From Alphaproteobacteria bacterium (GTDB taxonomy: Bacteria; Pseudomonadota; Alphaproteobacteria; JAEULC01), in NCBI GenBank assembly GCA_023150455.1, contig JAKLKW010000026.1, positions 41,982-105,981 of the forward strand: a DNA stretch of 64,000 nt, given 5' to 3'. Both the position numbers and the translations under genes were made by a program. Shown piece after piece: positions 49,568-61,307 of this stretch. The notes under the pieces are model-generated. The model was not told the DNA's origin. It worked only from the letters and a program-made list of their open reading frames with translations, and did not search any database. Numbering within the stretch: position 1 is the first letter of the stretch; every line of letters begins with the position of its first letter.

Positions 49568-49945
49568 TCAGCGGCCGCGCAAGCGATCGATCGCGCGGCG
49601 CTCGAGCTTCGTCGGCCGGCCGGCGCCGGTATCGCGCTCGGCCTGCCCTTCCTGCGTCACGCCGGCCGGGCGCGGCGCCGGCGGGACAAGGTCGTCGTAT
49701 AGCGTCGCCGCCTCGGTGGCCGGCCCGCGGCGCAAGCCCAGCGCCCGGATCGCCACGACGCGGATATGCGGTCCCTGCGGGAAAGTCAGCACATCGCCGA
49801 TGCGAACCGCGTGATGCGCCTTGTAGACGACCTGCTTGTTGATGCGGACGCGGCCCGCTTCGCACCAGGTGCCCGCGAGCGTCCGGCTCTTGCAGAAGCG
49901 CGCGAACCACAGCCACTTGTCCAGGCGGATGCTGGCCTCGCTCAT
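49568..49945 (-). CDS. hslR: RNA-binding S4 domain protein (Hsp15)
   Basis: RLDKWLWFARF.KSR, RRGPA.EA..LY, GRPTK.ERR. Confidence 0.9.
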   Translation of the reverse strand: MSEASIRLDKWLWFARFCKSRTLAGTWCEAGRVRINKQVVYKAHHAVRIGDVLTFPQGPHIRVVAIRALGLRRGPATEAATLYDDLVPPAPRPAGVTQEGQAERDTGAGRPTKLERRAIDRLRGR

Positions 49946-52440
49946 CAGCGCGAGCGCGGCCGCCGGTCGACCAGCTCGCCGAGGCGCGCGAACGGTCCCT
50001 CGGCCGCGGCGGCGGCTGCGACGCTGCGCCGGCGCCGCTGGTCGCGCCGCCGGCGCTGGGCGAAGCTGATGCCCGCCTGATCGACTTGCGCGCGGTATCC
50101 CAGCGCCTTCAGCACGCCGGCGATCTCGCCCTCGGCGCAGCCGGCAAGCTCGCGCAGGGCCGGCGTGGCGGCGAAGGCGCCCTGGCGCGCAAGGCGCCGG
50201 CAGGCTGCGGACAGCCGCTCGAGCTGATCGACCCGGATGGCACGCGGGCCCATGCGGCGGAAGCCGAGCGCGAGGTCGAGCGCCTCGGGCCGCTCCGGAT
50301 CGACCGCGATCGACACCGCGCCCGCCGGCGGCGGCTTGACCGGCCCACCCTCGTAGAGCGACCACAGCATGGCCTTGAGCTGGACCGAGGCCGGCTTCAG
50401 CTGCGCCGGAAGGAACACGCTTTCGGTGCCGAGGCGCACGCCGAAGCGGGCGAGCGCCTGGGTCTCGTCGCGCTGGAGCGCCGAGAGCTGCTGCTCGACC
50501 CGCGCGCGCGGCATGACGCCCATGGCTTCGACGAGCTGGTAGGCGACCCCGCGCGCGGCCCCGGCGAGCGGCGCCGTCGCCAGGCGGCGCAGCGACTGCA
50601 GTCCGCGGTCGAGCTCCGCGGCGAGCCAAGCCTCCAGCCGCCGCCGCACGCGCACCTTCAGGTCCCCGTCCAGAAGCTCGCTCGCCAGCGGCTCGATCCG
50701 TGGCGCCGAAGGCGTCTCGCCGCGCACCAGCCGCGCCACCGGTGCGCCGCGCCACAGCACGCGCTGATCGGCGAGGCGCAGCGCAAAGGCCTCGTCGGGC
50801 TCCTCGGCGAAGCGCTGCACCCGGCGGCCGATCTCGCTACCGAGCGCGCGGCGCGCCGCGGCCAGCACCGCGCGCGATTCGACCGCGGCGGCGTTTTCGG
50901 CCACGAAGGCGAAGCCGTCGAGCCGCCCGATGGTCTGGCCCTCGACCACCACGTCGTCGTTGCGCGTGACGCCGCCCAGAAGCTCCCCGCGCTCGCCCGA
51001 TCCGCGCCCGATCGACGAGCCGCGCCGGTCGATGAAGCGCTGCGTCAGGCGCTCGTGCAGCGCGTCGCTGAGCTTGTCCTCGATCGCGCGGGTGAGCTCC
51101 TGCCAGTAGGCCGCCCGTTGCAGCCAGTCCGCCCGGTGCGAGATGTAGGTCCAGGTCCTGACATGCGCGATGCGGTTGGTGAGCGTGTCGATGTCGCCGG
51201 CGATGCTGTCGAGGCGCGCCACGTGCTCGGCCGTCCAGTCCTCGGGCAGGCGCCCACCGGCGCCGGTCAGGTGGCGGAAGACCTGGCCGAGGAAGCGCGC
51301 GTGCGAATCGGTCAGCGTCTTGCGGAAGTCGGGGATCTGGCACACTTCCCACAAGAGCCGCACGAGCGCCGGATTCCAGCGCCGCTCGGCGAGGTCGCGG
51401 TCGCGCACGAGGGCGGCGAGCGCGAGATGATCTTCCGCCTCGCGCGCGCGGATCAGGAAGGGCGCCGGCGAGCGGGCGTCGAGTGAGCGCAGCAGGGCCT
51501 GCGGCGAGGCGAAATCGAGGGTGCCGTTGCGCCAGAACAGGTTGTCGAGCGGGTCGAAGCGATGCGCCTCGATCTGCTCCACCGCGGTCTCGTCGAGCGG
51601 ACCCAGCTCCTGCGTCGTGCCGAATGTGCCGTCGCTCATGTGTCGCCCGGCACGGCCGGCGATCTGGGCGAGCTCCGCCGGGCCCAGACGGCGGTTGGCG
51701 CGGCCGTCGAACTTGGCCAAGCCCGCGAAGCACACATGGTCCAGGTCCATGTTCAGGCCCATGCCGATCGCGTCGGTGGCGACCAGGTAGTCGACCGCGC
51801 CTTCCTGGAACAGGCCGACCTGGGCGTTGCGAGTGCGCGGGCTGAGCGCACCGAGCACGACCGCGGCGCCGCCGCGCGTGCGGCGGATCAGCTCGGCCAT
51901 CTCGTAGACCTGGGCGGCGGAGAAGGCGACCACCGCGGAGCGCGGCGGCAGGCGCGTCAGCTTGCGCGGACCGGTATAGAGCAGCGTCGAGAAGCGCGGA
52001 CGGGTCTGGAACTCGGCCTCGGGCACCAGGCGGCGGATCAGCGGGCGGATGGTCTCCGCGCCGAGGAACATCGTCTCCTCGCGCCCGCGCGCGTGGAGCA
52101 GGCGGTCGGTGAACACGTGCCCGCGCTCGGGATCGGCGCAGAGCTGGATCTCGTCGACGGCCAGGAACGCAACCGGGCGGTCGAGCGGCATCGATTCGGC
52201 GGTGCAGACGAACCAGCGCGGCTCGGGCGGAACGATCTTCTCCTCGCCCGTGATCAGCGCCACGGCGCGCGCGCCCTTCATCTTGACGATGCGGTCGTAG
52301 TTCTCTCGCGCCAGCAGGCGCAAGGGGAAGCCGATCATCCCGCTGGCGTGGCCGAGCATGCGCTCGATGGCGAGATGGGTCTTGCCGGTGTTGGTCGGCC
52401 CGAGAACGGCCAGCACCCGGGAGGCGGACGAAAGCGCCAT
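49945..52440 (-). CDS. SUV3-like SF2 helicase (MgpS-like)
   Basis: LGPTNTGKT, DEIQ, VATDAIGMGLN, QIAGRAGR. Confidence 0.92.
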   Translation of the reverse strand: MALSSASRVLAVLGPTNTGKTHLAIERMLGHASGMIGFPLRLLARENYDRIVKMKGARAVALITGEEKIVPPEPRWFVCTAESMPLDRPVAFLAVDEIQLCADPERGHVFTDRLLHARGREETMFLGAETIRPLIRRLVPEAEFQTRPRFSTLLYTGPRKLTRLPPRSAVVAFSAAQVYEMAELIRRTRGGAAVVLGALSPRTRNAQVGLFQEGAVDYLVATDAIGMGLNMDLDHVCFAGLAKFDGRANRRLGPAELAQIAGRAGRHMSDGTFGTTQELGPLDETAVEQIEAHRFDPLDNLFWRNGTLDFASPQALLRSLDARSPAPFLIRAREAEDHLALAALVRDRDLAERRWNPALVRLLWEVCQIPDFRKTLTDSHARFLGQVFRHLTGAGGRLPEDWTAEHVARLDSIAGDIDTLTNRIAHVRTWTYISHRADWLQRAAYWQELTRAIEDKLSDALHERLTQRFIDRRGSSIGRGSGERGELLGGVTRNDDVVVEGQTIGRLDGFAFVAENAAAVESRAVLAAARRALGSEIGRRVQRFAEEPDEAFALRLADQRVLWRGAPVARLVRGETPSAPRIEPLASELLDGDLKVRVRRRLEAWLAAELDRGLQSLRRLATAPLAGAARGVAYQLVEAMGVMPRARVEQQLSALQRDETQALARFGVRLGTESVFLPAQLKPASVQLKAMLWSLYEGGPVKPPPAGAVSIAVDPERPEALDLALGFRRMGPRAIRVDQLERLSAACRRLARQGAFAATPALRELAGCAEGEIAGVLKALGYRAQVDQAGISFAQRRRRDQRRRRSVAAAAAAEGPFARLGELVDRRPRSR

Positions 52441-52574
52441 GTGTGTCCGAGCAATGGGTCGCTGCAACAATTGGGTCTTTACCCGGCGGATGCAAGGGGT
52501 TACGCCGGTTTCATGGCGGGATTATGATGCGGCGCATGACCGCAGCGCGCCGGTGCCGGCGCGACGCCGGCCTC

Positions 52575-53243
52575 CTATCCGCCCGGCACCATCGGCACGA
52601 AGGCGACCGGCAGGACGCTGCGCCGGTCGAGACTGCCGTCCTTTTCCTTGCACACCAGCACCAGTTCCTGGTCGCTGCCGCGCGGACCGATGGGAATCAC
52701 CATGCGGCCGTCCGGCTTGAGCTGGTCGACCAGCGCCCGCGGCAGGCTCGGCGCCGCGGCCGTGACGACGATGGCGTCGAACGGCGCGCCCTCGGGCCAG
52801 CCGAGATAGCCGTCGCCGTGGCGTACCTCGACGTTGGCGATGCCGAGCGACTTGAGCCGCTCGGCCGCTTCGCTCGCCAGTTCCGGCACGGTTTCGATCG
52901 AACAGACCTGCGCGGCCAGCCGGGCGAGGATGGCGGCCTGGTAGCCGCAGCCGGTGCCGACCTCGAGCACGCGGTCGCCGGGTTCGAGATGCAGCAGGTC
53001 GGTCATCACCGCGACGATGTAGGGCTGCGAGATGGTCTGGCCGTGGCCGATCGGCAGCGGCCGGTTGTCGTAGGCGCTGTCGGCCCATTCCGGCGGCACG
53101 AAGCGCTCGCGCGGCACGCTGCCGAGCGCCTCGATCACGCGCGGGTCCAGCGCCGTCTTGCCGAGGTAGCGGTTGGTCCACAGGACCTCGTCGACCACGG
53201 TCCGGACCATGGCCAGGCGCGCTTCAGCCATGTCGGCGCTCAC
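52575..53243 (-). CDS. pcm: Protein-L-isoaspartate O-methyltransferase
   Basis: PLPIGHGQTISQP, VLEVGTGCGYQAA, GDG..GWP..APFD, FVPM. Confidence 0.96.
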   Translation of the reverse strand: MSADMAEARLAMVRTVVDEVLWTNRYLGKTALDPRVIEALGSVPRERFVPPEWADSAYDNRPLPIGHGQTISQPYIVAVMTDLLHLEPGDRVLEVGTGCGYQAAILARLAAQVCSIETVPELASEAAERLKSLGIANVEVRHGDGYLGWPEGAPFDAIVVTAAAPSLPRALVDQLKPDGRMVIPIGPRGSDQELVLVCKEKDGSLDRRSVLPVAFVPMVPGG

Positions 53244-53268
53244 GCCCGGCCGACGCCGCTTCCAGGGT

Positions 53269-53296
53269 CTTGCGGGGCAAAGCCCTCATCCCATAT
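53269..53296 (+). promoter_or_regulatory. RpoH (sigma32)-type promoter of htpG
   Basis: CTTGCG-N15-CCCATAT. Confidence 0.65.
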
Positions 53297-53363
53297 AGGG
53301 GTTCGCCCGCGGGCGGCGGCCGCCGGGGTCGCGCCGCTGGGAACGGTGGATCGAGGGTCGGAC

Positions 53364-55220
53364 ATGGCAGAGGAAACCTTGCATTTCCAGGCGGAAGTCG
53401 GGCGCCTGCTGGATATCGTCGCGCATTCCCTCTACAGCGACAAAGAGATTTTCCTGCGCGAGCTGATCTCGAACGCGTCGGACGCGTGCGACCGCCTGCG
53501 CTACCTGGCGTTGACGCGGCCGGAGCTGGCGGCGGACGATCCCAATTTCAAGGTGGTGATCGCGGCCGACGCCAAGGCGCGCACGCTGACCGTCTCCGAC
53601 AACGGCATCGGCATGAACCGCGAGGACCTGGTGACGAACCTGGGCACGATCGCGCGCTCGGGCACCGCCGCCTTCATGAAGGACCTGACCGGCGACGCCG
53701 CCAAGGACACCAAGCTGATCGGCCAGTTCGGCGTCGGCTTCTATTCGGCCTTCATGGTCGCCGACAAGGTCAGCGTCACCAGCCGCAGGGCGGGCGACGC
53801 CCAGGCCTGGCGCTGGATGTCGGACGGCAAGGGCGACTTCGCCATCGCCGAGGGCGAGCGCGACGGCCGCGGCACGACGATCGAGCTGCACCTGCGCGAC
53901 GGCGAGGACGAGTTCCTGCAGTCCGAGCGCCTGGCGGAGATCGTGCGGCGCTATTCCGACCACATCGCGCTGCCGGTCGTGCTGCTGGAGAACGGCAAGG
54001 AGCGCACGCTCAACGCCGCAGCGGCCCTGTGGACGCGGCCGAAGAGCGAGATCACCGAGCAGCAGTACCGCGAGTTCTATCGCCACGCCGGTCATCTGGG
54101 CGACGAGCCGTGGCTCACCGTCCATTTCAAGGCCGAGGGCACGGTCGAGTACCACGCCCTGCTGTTCGTGCCGCAGACGAGGCCGTTCGACCTGTTCCAT
54201 CCCGACCGCCGCCACAACGTGAAGCTCTATGTCCGGCGCGTCTTCATCAGCGACGACTGCCCCGAGCTCGTGCCTTCGTGGCTTCGATTCCTGAAGGGCA
54301 TCGTCGATTCCGAGGATCTGCCGCTCAACGTCAGCCGAGAGATGCTGCAGAAGAACGCGGTCGTGACGAAGATCCGCAAAGGCCTGGTCACGCGCGTGCT
54401 GTCGGAGCTGGATAAGAAGGCGGAGAAGGCGCCGGAGGAGTACGCGGGCTTCTGGGAGAGGTTCGGCGCGGTGCTGAAGGAAGGGCTCTACGAGGACCGC
54501 GAGCGACAGGAGTCGCTGCTGAAGCTGGCGTGGTTCCGCACGACCCATGGCGAGAACTGGAGCTCGCTGGCCGATTACGTCGCGCGCATGAAGCCCGGCC
54601 AGGAAGCGATCTACTTCATCAGCGGCGACGATGCGAAAGGGTTGCGCAAGAGCCCGCAGCTGGAGGGCTTCGCCGCCAAGGGCGTCGAGGTGCTGCTGCT
54701 GAGCGATCCGATCGACGATTTCTGGGTCGCCGCCGTCGGCGAGTACGAAGGCAAGCGCCTGCGCTCGGTCACGCAGGGCGGCGTCGACCTGTCGAAGATC
54801 GACGGCGGCGAGAAGAAGGACGAGCAGGCCGATCCGCCGGCGGGGCTCGCCGGCCTCGTCGCCGTGTTCAAGCTGGCGCTGAAGGACGAGGTGAAGGACG
54901 TGCGCGCCTCGGAGCGGCTGACCGAGAGCGCGGTGTGCCTGGTGGCGGACCAGGGCGATCTCGACATGCGCATCGAGCGCATGCTGCGCCAGCACCGCCA
55001 GCTCGACACCGCGGCCAAGCGCATCCTCGAGCTCAATCCGCGCCACGCGCTGGTGCGCAAGCTGGCGGGCCTCGTCGGCAAGACCGAGGAGGCGCCGACG
55101 CTCGACGCCATGGCGCATCTGCTGCTGGACCAGGCGCGCATCGTCGAGGGCGAGACCCTGCCCGACCCCGCCGCCTTCGCCCGGCGCCTCTCGGGCGCGC
55201 TGGAGCGCGGGCTGGCGTAG
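53364..55220 (+). CDS. htpG: Chaperone HtpG (Hsp90)
   Basis: FLRELISNASDA, DNGIGM, NLGTIARSGT, IGQFGVGFYS, LPLNVSRE. Confidence 0.97.
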   Translation: MAEETLHFQAEVGRLLDIVAHSLYSDKEIFLRELISNASDACDRLRYLALTRPELAADDPNFKVVIAADAKARTLTVSDNGIGMNREDLVTNLGTIARSGTAAFMKDLTGDAAKDTKLIGQFGVGFYSAFMVADKVSVTSRRAGDAQAWRWMSDGKGDFAIAEGERDGRGTTIELHLRDGEDEFLQSERLAEIVRRYSDHIALPVVLLENGKERTLNAAAALWTRPKSEITEQQYREFYRHAGHLGDEPWLTVHFKAEGTVEYHALLFVPQTRPFDLFHPDRRHNVKLYVRRVFISDDCPELVPSWLRFLKGIVDSEDLPLNVSREMLQKNAVVTKIRKGLVTRVLSELDKKAEKAPEEYAGFWERFGAVLKEGLYEDRERQESLLKLAWFRTTHGENWSSLADYVARMKPGQEAIYFISGDDAKGLRKSPQLEGFAAKGVEVLLLSDPIDDFWVAAVGEYEGKRLRSVTQGGVDLSKIDGGEKKDEQADPPAGLAGLVAVFKLALKDEVKDVRASERLTESAVCLVADQGDLDMRIERMLRQHRQLDTAAKRILELNPRHALVRKLAGLVGKTEEAPTLDAMAHLLLDQARIVEGETLPDPAAFARRLSGALERGLA

Positions 55221-55223
55221 GCC

Positions 55224-55320
55224 GGATGGCAGAGGTCGGATGACAGAAGTCAGAAGTCGGATGGCTCGGGCTCGTGCGTTCGGCCCTCCGACATCTGACC
55301 TCTGTCATCTGACATCTGCT
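55224..55320. repeat. Inverted heptamer tandem-repeat element (family C)
   Basis: ggcagag-gtcggat-gacagaa-gtcagaa-gtcgga, spacer, then tccgaca-tctgacc-tctgtca-tctgaca-tctgc. Confidence 0.75.
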
Positions 55321-56286
55321 GCCGCAGCGGTCGTTCGGCACCCGAGGGCAGCGGGGCGCTCGGATCGGATATCCAGGCGGCGATGTCCTGCCGCACGATG
55401 TCGGCGTTGAGGTCGCGCAGCAGCATGTGGAAGCCCTGCGGGTAGACGACCAGCCGCTGGCGCGGCGCCGCTTCGGGCGGCAACTTCTTGAGGAAGCTGT
55501 CGACCGGCCCGTGCGGGATCAGTTGCTCGTTGCTGCCGTAGAGGATCAGCGCGCGCGCGGCGAAGCGCGGCGCGGCGGCCTGGGCATCGTCCATCAGGTT
55601 CACCAGGCCATAGACCGTATCGATGCGGTTGTACTTCTGCACATGGCGGTCCTGGCCGAGACGGCGCAGCATCGGCATGTTGTCCGACGGCACGCGGCCC
55701 GTGTTGTGGCCGCCAACCGGGAACCACGGCATCGCGTGGGCGAGGAAGTCGAGCGTGCCGGCCTGCATGCCGGGCATGAAGGCGCGGCCCCACAGCGCCG
55801 GCGCCGACAGGACGGCGCCGTCGACCGGGGGCGGTTGGTCGCCGGCCATCGCGACGATCGCCACGGCGGCGCCCATGCTTTCGCCCAGGAGATAGAGCGG
55901 CAGATCGGGATGGCGCCCGCGCAACAGCCGCGCCATCTCGCCCGCGTCGCGCACCAGCAGCTCAGTGCCCGCCCAGATTCCGGGGTCCGGCGCCTCGCCG
56001 TGGCCGCGCTGGTCGTAGGCATAGGTGAGGATCCCGCGCTTCGCCCATTCCGACGCCGGCTCGGCGAAGGCATTGCGGTAGTCGTTGAATCCATGCAGCG
56101 CGAGCAGGACGGCCCTGGGCGGTCCGTCCGGGCGCCACGCCGCGACCTTGAGCGCGATCCCGTCCGACGTGACGAAGCGCTCCTCGTCGAGCCGCGCGGC
56201 GTCCATCATGCTGCCGGGCTGCTGCATCAGCGGCGCGCAGGCCGAGAGCGCGAACGCGACCAGAACGCCGATGGTACGCCGTGCGT

Positions 56287-56290
<4 letters not shown>
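55250..56290 (-). CDS. Alpha/beta hydrolase lipoprotein (lysophospholipase-like)
   Basis: Lipobox LSAC, LHGFNDY, DQRGHG, GESMG, HMLLRD. Confidence 0.9.
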
Positions 56291-57291
<1,001 letters not shown>

Positions 57292-57398
57292 GACTCCACC
57301 GGTCGGAAATGCCGCGATAGTTGATTATGCCGGTGCCATGCGTATCATCGCACGCGCGCGCGGGTCAATCGCGCGCGCGTGAAGGGAGTTCCGGGCCG

Positions 57399-57575
57399 AT
57401 GCCGACGACGGAAACAGTGGAAGTGGACAGCGAAACCGTCGCCTGCGACGGCGGCGTCGGCGCGCTCGGCCATCCGCGCGTCTATTTGACGCTGGGCCCG
57501 GAAGGGAAGATCGACTGCCCCTATTGCGGCCGGCATTTCCGGCTGAAGCCGGGCGCGCGTCCCGCGGCGCACTGA
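57399..57575 (+). CDS. zf-CHCC zinc-finger protein (NDUFS6-like)
   Basis: VACDGG.GALGHPRVYL...CPYCG. Confidence 0.88.
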   Translation: MPTTETVEVDSETVACDGGVGALGHPRVYLTLGPEGKIDCPYCGRHFRLKPGARPAAH

Positions 57576-57600
57576 CGCCCGGCGGGTCTGGCGCGGCCGT

Positions 57601-58530
57601 GTGAACTCCTACGCGGCGCTTCTGATCGGAATCGCGTTGGCCGCAGCGGGCGGGGACGCGTTCGTCCGCGGCATTCGAGCCCTCGCCGACCTGTTGCGCG
57701 TGCCCTCCGTCCTGGTCGCTTCAACTGTCGCTGCCGTCGCGACCTCGGCGCCGGAGCTGGCTGTCGGCATCAACTCGGCCCTTGCCGGCGTGCCGCAGAT
57801 CGCCATCGGCGACTCCCTCGGCAGCAACGTCGTCAATCTAGGGCTGATCCTCGGCGCGTGCCTGGTCGTCGGCGAGATGCGGGTCGCGCGCGAGGACACG
57901 CAGCGCGCCTTCGCCACGGCAGCCCTCGCGCCGGTGGCCACGGCCGCCCTGGTGGCCCATGGCGGCTTGGGCAGGCCCCACGCCGCCGGATTGATGGCTC
58001 TGTTTGTTGCCTATCTCGCAGCGAGCGTGCTGGAAGCACGCCGCCATCGGAGGGCCGCGAAGTCGTGTGCCGGACTCGCTGCCTTGCCGGTCGTCGCCAT
58101 GCTACTTCTCGGTCTCGCGGCGATGATCGGCGGCGGATACTTGATCGTCGATGGTGCGGCCGCCCTGGCGGTGCGATGGGGGATCGACGGATTCGTCATC
58201 GGCGCCGCGATCGTGGCAATCGGCACCTCCACACCCGAGCTGGCCGTGATGGTTGTCGCGCGCCTGCGCGGCCACGGTGAGATCAGCCTTGCGACGCTAC
58301 TCGGCAGCAACATCTTCAACGGCCTGTTCATCGTGCCGACGGTCGTCCTGATCCGGCCGGTCGCACTGACATTGGACGAGGTGCTGCCGGCGCTCGCCTT
58401 CGGCCTGATCGTGGTTGCGCTGTGCTATCCCGGGCGCGGCGGCCGACTTCTCCGCTGGCGCGGGCTTTTCTTGACCGCGGCCTATGTCGGATTCCTCATC
58501 GCGATCACGTCTGCCTCGATCGCTCCTTGA
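57601..58530 (+). CDS. Ca2+/Na+ antiporter (CaCA, YrbG-like)
   Basis: Two alpha repeats: TSAPEL...GSNVVN and GTSTPEL...GSNIFN. Confidence 0.9.
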   Translation: MNSYAALLIGIALAAAGGDAFVRGIRALADLLRVPSVLVASTVAAVATSAPELAVGINSALAGVPQIAIGDSLGSNVVNLGLILGACLVVGEMRVAREDTQRAFATAALAPVATAALVAHGGLGRPHAAGLMALFVAYLAASVLEARRHRRAAKSCAGLAALPVVAMLLLGLAAMIGGGYLIVDGAAALAVRWGIDGFVIGAAIVAIGTSTPELAVMVVARLRGHGEISLATLLGSNIFNGLFIVPTVVLIRPVALTLDEVLPALAFGLIVVALCYPGRGGRLLRWRGLFLTAAYVGFLIAITSASIAP

Positions 58531-61240
58531 ACATCCGGATCACGAGCTTCTCCAGCTCGACCGCGGCCATCACCAGCAGACCGGCCGCCAGGATCGGGCC
58601 CCAGTCGGCAAGTCCGAGCGGGACCGTGCCGAATACCGCCTGCGCCGCCGGCAGGTAGGTGAATCCGAGCTGGCACAGCGCGGTCAGTCCCATGGCCGCA
58701 AGCGCGCGCCAAATGCCCGGCAGCGCGGCCATCGACAGGCCCGGGGCCAGCAGGAACCGCGCCGAGAGCAAATAGAACACCTCGCACGCGACGACCGCGT
58801 TGACCGCCACGGTGCGCGCATGGGCGAGATCATGGCCCGCCGCAAGATGCCAGTGGAACAGCGCGAAGACGGCGCCGAGCGTCAACAGGCCGACGAACAG
58901 GATGCGCCAGCCGAGAAACGCCGTGAGCAACCCCTCCGTCGGCGGACGCGGCGGGCGCCGCATGGCGTCGGGCTCCGCCGGCTCGAACACGAGCGGCAGG
59001 CTCAAGGTCGTGCTGGTGACGAGGTTGACCCACAGAATCTGCACGGGCGTCACCGGCAGCGTGCCGCCCGCGATCACCGCCAGCGCCACCAGCAGCGCTT
59101 CGCTGAGATCGGTCGGCAGCATGAAGGCGAGGCTCTTGCGGATATTGTCGTAGACGGCGCGGCCCTCGCGCACGGCATGAGCGATCGTGGCGAAGTTGTC
59201 GTCGGCCAGCACCATCTGCGCCGCCTCGCGCGCCGCCTCGGTGCCTCTTTGGCCCATGGCGACGCCGACATCGGCGCGCTTGAGCGCGGGCGCATCGTTG
59301 ACACCGTCGCCGGTCATGGCCACGACCTGGCCGTCGGCCTGTAGCGCCTGGACCAGCCGCAGCTTGTGCGCCGGGTCGGCGCGGGCGAACACGGACGTGT
59401 CGCTCAGCGCGCCGTTCAGCGACACACCGTCGAGGGCGTCGATGCCGCTGCCGGTTAGCGCGCGCCCCGAATCGATGCCCAATTCGCGCGCAATCGCCAA
59501 GGCCGTGACATCGTGGTCGCCGGTGATCATGGCCACGCGGATGCCGGCGTCGCGGCACGCCGCGACGGCGGCGACGGCTTCCTCGCGCGGCGGATCGATC
59601 ATGGCTACCAGGCCCAGCAGCGTGAACCCGTCGCGCGTGTCGGCCATCGACAGGCTGCGCTTGCCCGGCGCCACGTTCTTGCTCGCCAGGGCGAGAACCC
59701 GTCGGCCGTCGGAGGCCGCCTGCTCGATCGTCCGGCGCCAAGTCGGCCGATGGATCGGATGCGGACCGGAGGATGCGTTCTCGTTTGCGCAGATTTCCAG
59801 CACGGCCTCGGGCGCGCCCTTCAGGTAGACGACCGCTCCGCCCGCCGTTTGGTGCAGCGTCGCCATGAAGCGGTAGGCCGCGTCGAACGGGATCTCGTCG
59901 AGCCGCGGCGCCGCCCGGCCCTCTGCCGCCGGATCGATGCCCACCTTCATCCCGGCCGAGAGCAGGGCGCCTTCGGTCGGATCGCCGGCGAGTTGCCACG
60001 AACCGGCGGCCTGGCGAAGGGACGCGTCATTGCACAGGACGGCGGCCTTGAGCAGCGCGCGCAGCCCGGGGTCATGGGCACCAGGCGCCTCGGTGCCGTG
60101 GCGTTTGATCTCGCCGCGCGGATCGTAGCCCACGCCGGTCGTCTCGTACCGGGCGTCCGGTGTCACGATGCTGCGCACCGTCAGTTCGTTGCGCGTCAGC
60201 GTGCCGGTCTTGTCGGTGCAGATGACCGTCACCGAGCCCAGCGTCTCCACCGCGGGAAGACGGCGGATGATCGCGTTGCGCCGCGCCATGCGCTGCACGC
60301 CGACCGCCAGCGCGATGGTAATCACGGCGGGAAGTCCCTCGGGAATGGCGGCGACGGTGAGGCCGACCGCCGCCAGGAACATCTCGGCCGCCGGGAATCC
60401 CTGCAGCAGCGCGCCGATCGCGAAGGTCAGCGCCGCGAGCAGCAGCACGGCCGCGGTCAGCCATCGTCCCATCACGGCCAGGCGCGCGAGCAACGGCGTC
60501 TCGAGCGCGCTCGTCTCGGCCAGAAGGCGGCTGACTTTCCCGATCTCGCTGGCGAGGCCGGTCGCCACGACGACGCCGGCGCCCTGGCCGGCGCCGATCA
60601 GCGTGCCGGCATAGGCCATCGAGCGCCGATCGCCGAGCGCAGCGGACTCCCGCGCCGGCTCCACCGTCTTGTCGACCGGCACCGATTCGCCGGTCAGCGC
60701 CGCCTCGACCGCGGTCATGCTCTTGGCACGGAGCAGCCGCACGTCGGCCGGCACCTTGTCGCCGGATTGCAGGAACACGATGTCGCCCGGCACGAGTTCC
60801 GCCGCGTCCACCTCGCGCCGCGTGCCGTCGCGCAGCACGACCGCGTGCAGCGACAGCATGTCGCGCACGGCGTCGATGGCGTGCTGCGCCTTGCCTTCCT
60901 GCACGAAGCCGATCAACGCGTTGATCAGCACGACGGCCAGGATCACGCCGGTGTCGATCCAGTCATCAAGCGCGATCGTGATTACCGCCGCGCCGAGGAG
61001 AACGTAGATAAGGACGTTGTTGAACTGCAGGATGAAGCGCCGCAACGCGCTCGGCGGCCGCGGCGCCGGCAGGCGGTTGGGTCCGTAGCGGTCGAGGCGG
61101 TGGCGCGCCTCGGTAGCGCTCAGCCCCTCCGGGGTCGCCCGGAGAATCGACAACACCGCCTCGCACGGCATTGCGTGCCATGGAGGCGGCTTGTCGCCGT
61201 CGCGACCGACGGAGGAAGCTGTGGGCTGCGCGCGTGTCAA
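58505..61240 (-). CDS. P-type IIA cation-transporting ATPase; start uncertain (TTG 61240)
   Basis: LTGES, IPEGL, DKTGTLT, KGAPE, MITGD, TGDGVNDAPAL, QILWVN. Confidence 0.93.
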   Translation of the reverse strand: MTRAQPTASSVGRDGDKPPPWHAMPCEAVLSILRATPEGLSATEARHRLDRYGPNRLPAPRPPSALRRFILQFNNVLIYVLLGAAVITIALDDWIDTGVILAVVLINALIGFVQEGKAQHAIDAVRDMLSLHAVVLRDGTRREVDAAELVPGDIVFLQSGDKVPADVRLLRAKSMTAVEAALTGESVPVDKTVEPARESAALGDRRSMAYAGTLIGAGQGAGVVVATGLASEIGKVSRLLAETSALETPLLARLAVMGRWLTAAVLLLAALTFAIGALLQGFPAAEMFLAAVGLTVAAIPEGLPAVITIALAVGVQRMARRNAIIRRLPAVETLGSVTVICTDKTGTLTRNELTVRSIVTPDARYETTGVGYDPRGEIKRHGTEAPGAHDPGLRALLKAAVLCNDASLRQAAGSWQLAGDPTEGALLSAGMKVGIDPAAEGRAAPRLDEIPFDAAYRFMATLHQTAGGAVVYLKGAPEAVLEICANENASSGPHPIHRPTWRRTIEQAASDGRRVLALASKNVAPGKRSLSMADTRDGFTLLGLVAMIDPPREEAVAAVAACRDAGIRVAMITGDHDVTALAIARELGIDSGRALTGSGIDALDGVSLNGALSDTSVFARADPAHKLRLVQALQADGQVVAMTGDGVNDAPALKRADVGVAMGQRGTEAAREAAQMVLADDNFATIAHAVREGRAVYDNIRKSLAFMLPTDLSEALLVALAVIAGGTLPVTPVQILWVNLVTSTTLSLPLVFEPAEPDAMRRPPRPPTEGLLTAFLGWRILFVGLLTLGAVFALFHWHLAAGHDLAHARTVAVNAVVACEVFYLLSARFLLAPGLSMAALPGIWRALAAMGLTALCQLGFTYLPAAQAVFGTVPLGLADWGPILAAGLLVMAAVELEKLVIRMFKERSRQT

Positions 61241-61307
61241 CGTGGAGGAAATATCACGCGTGCAATTCCCACGCCAAGCCTCGGCCGCGGCTAAGCAAAG
61301 AGGCGCG

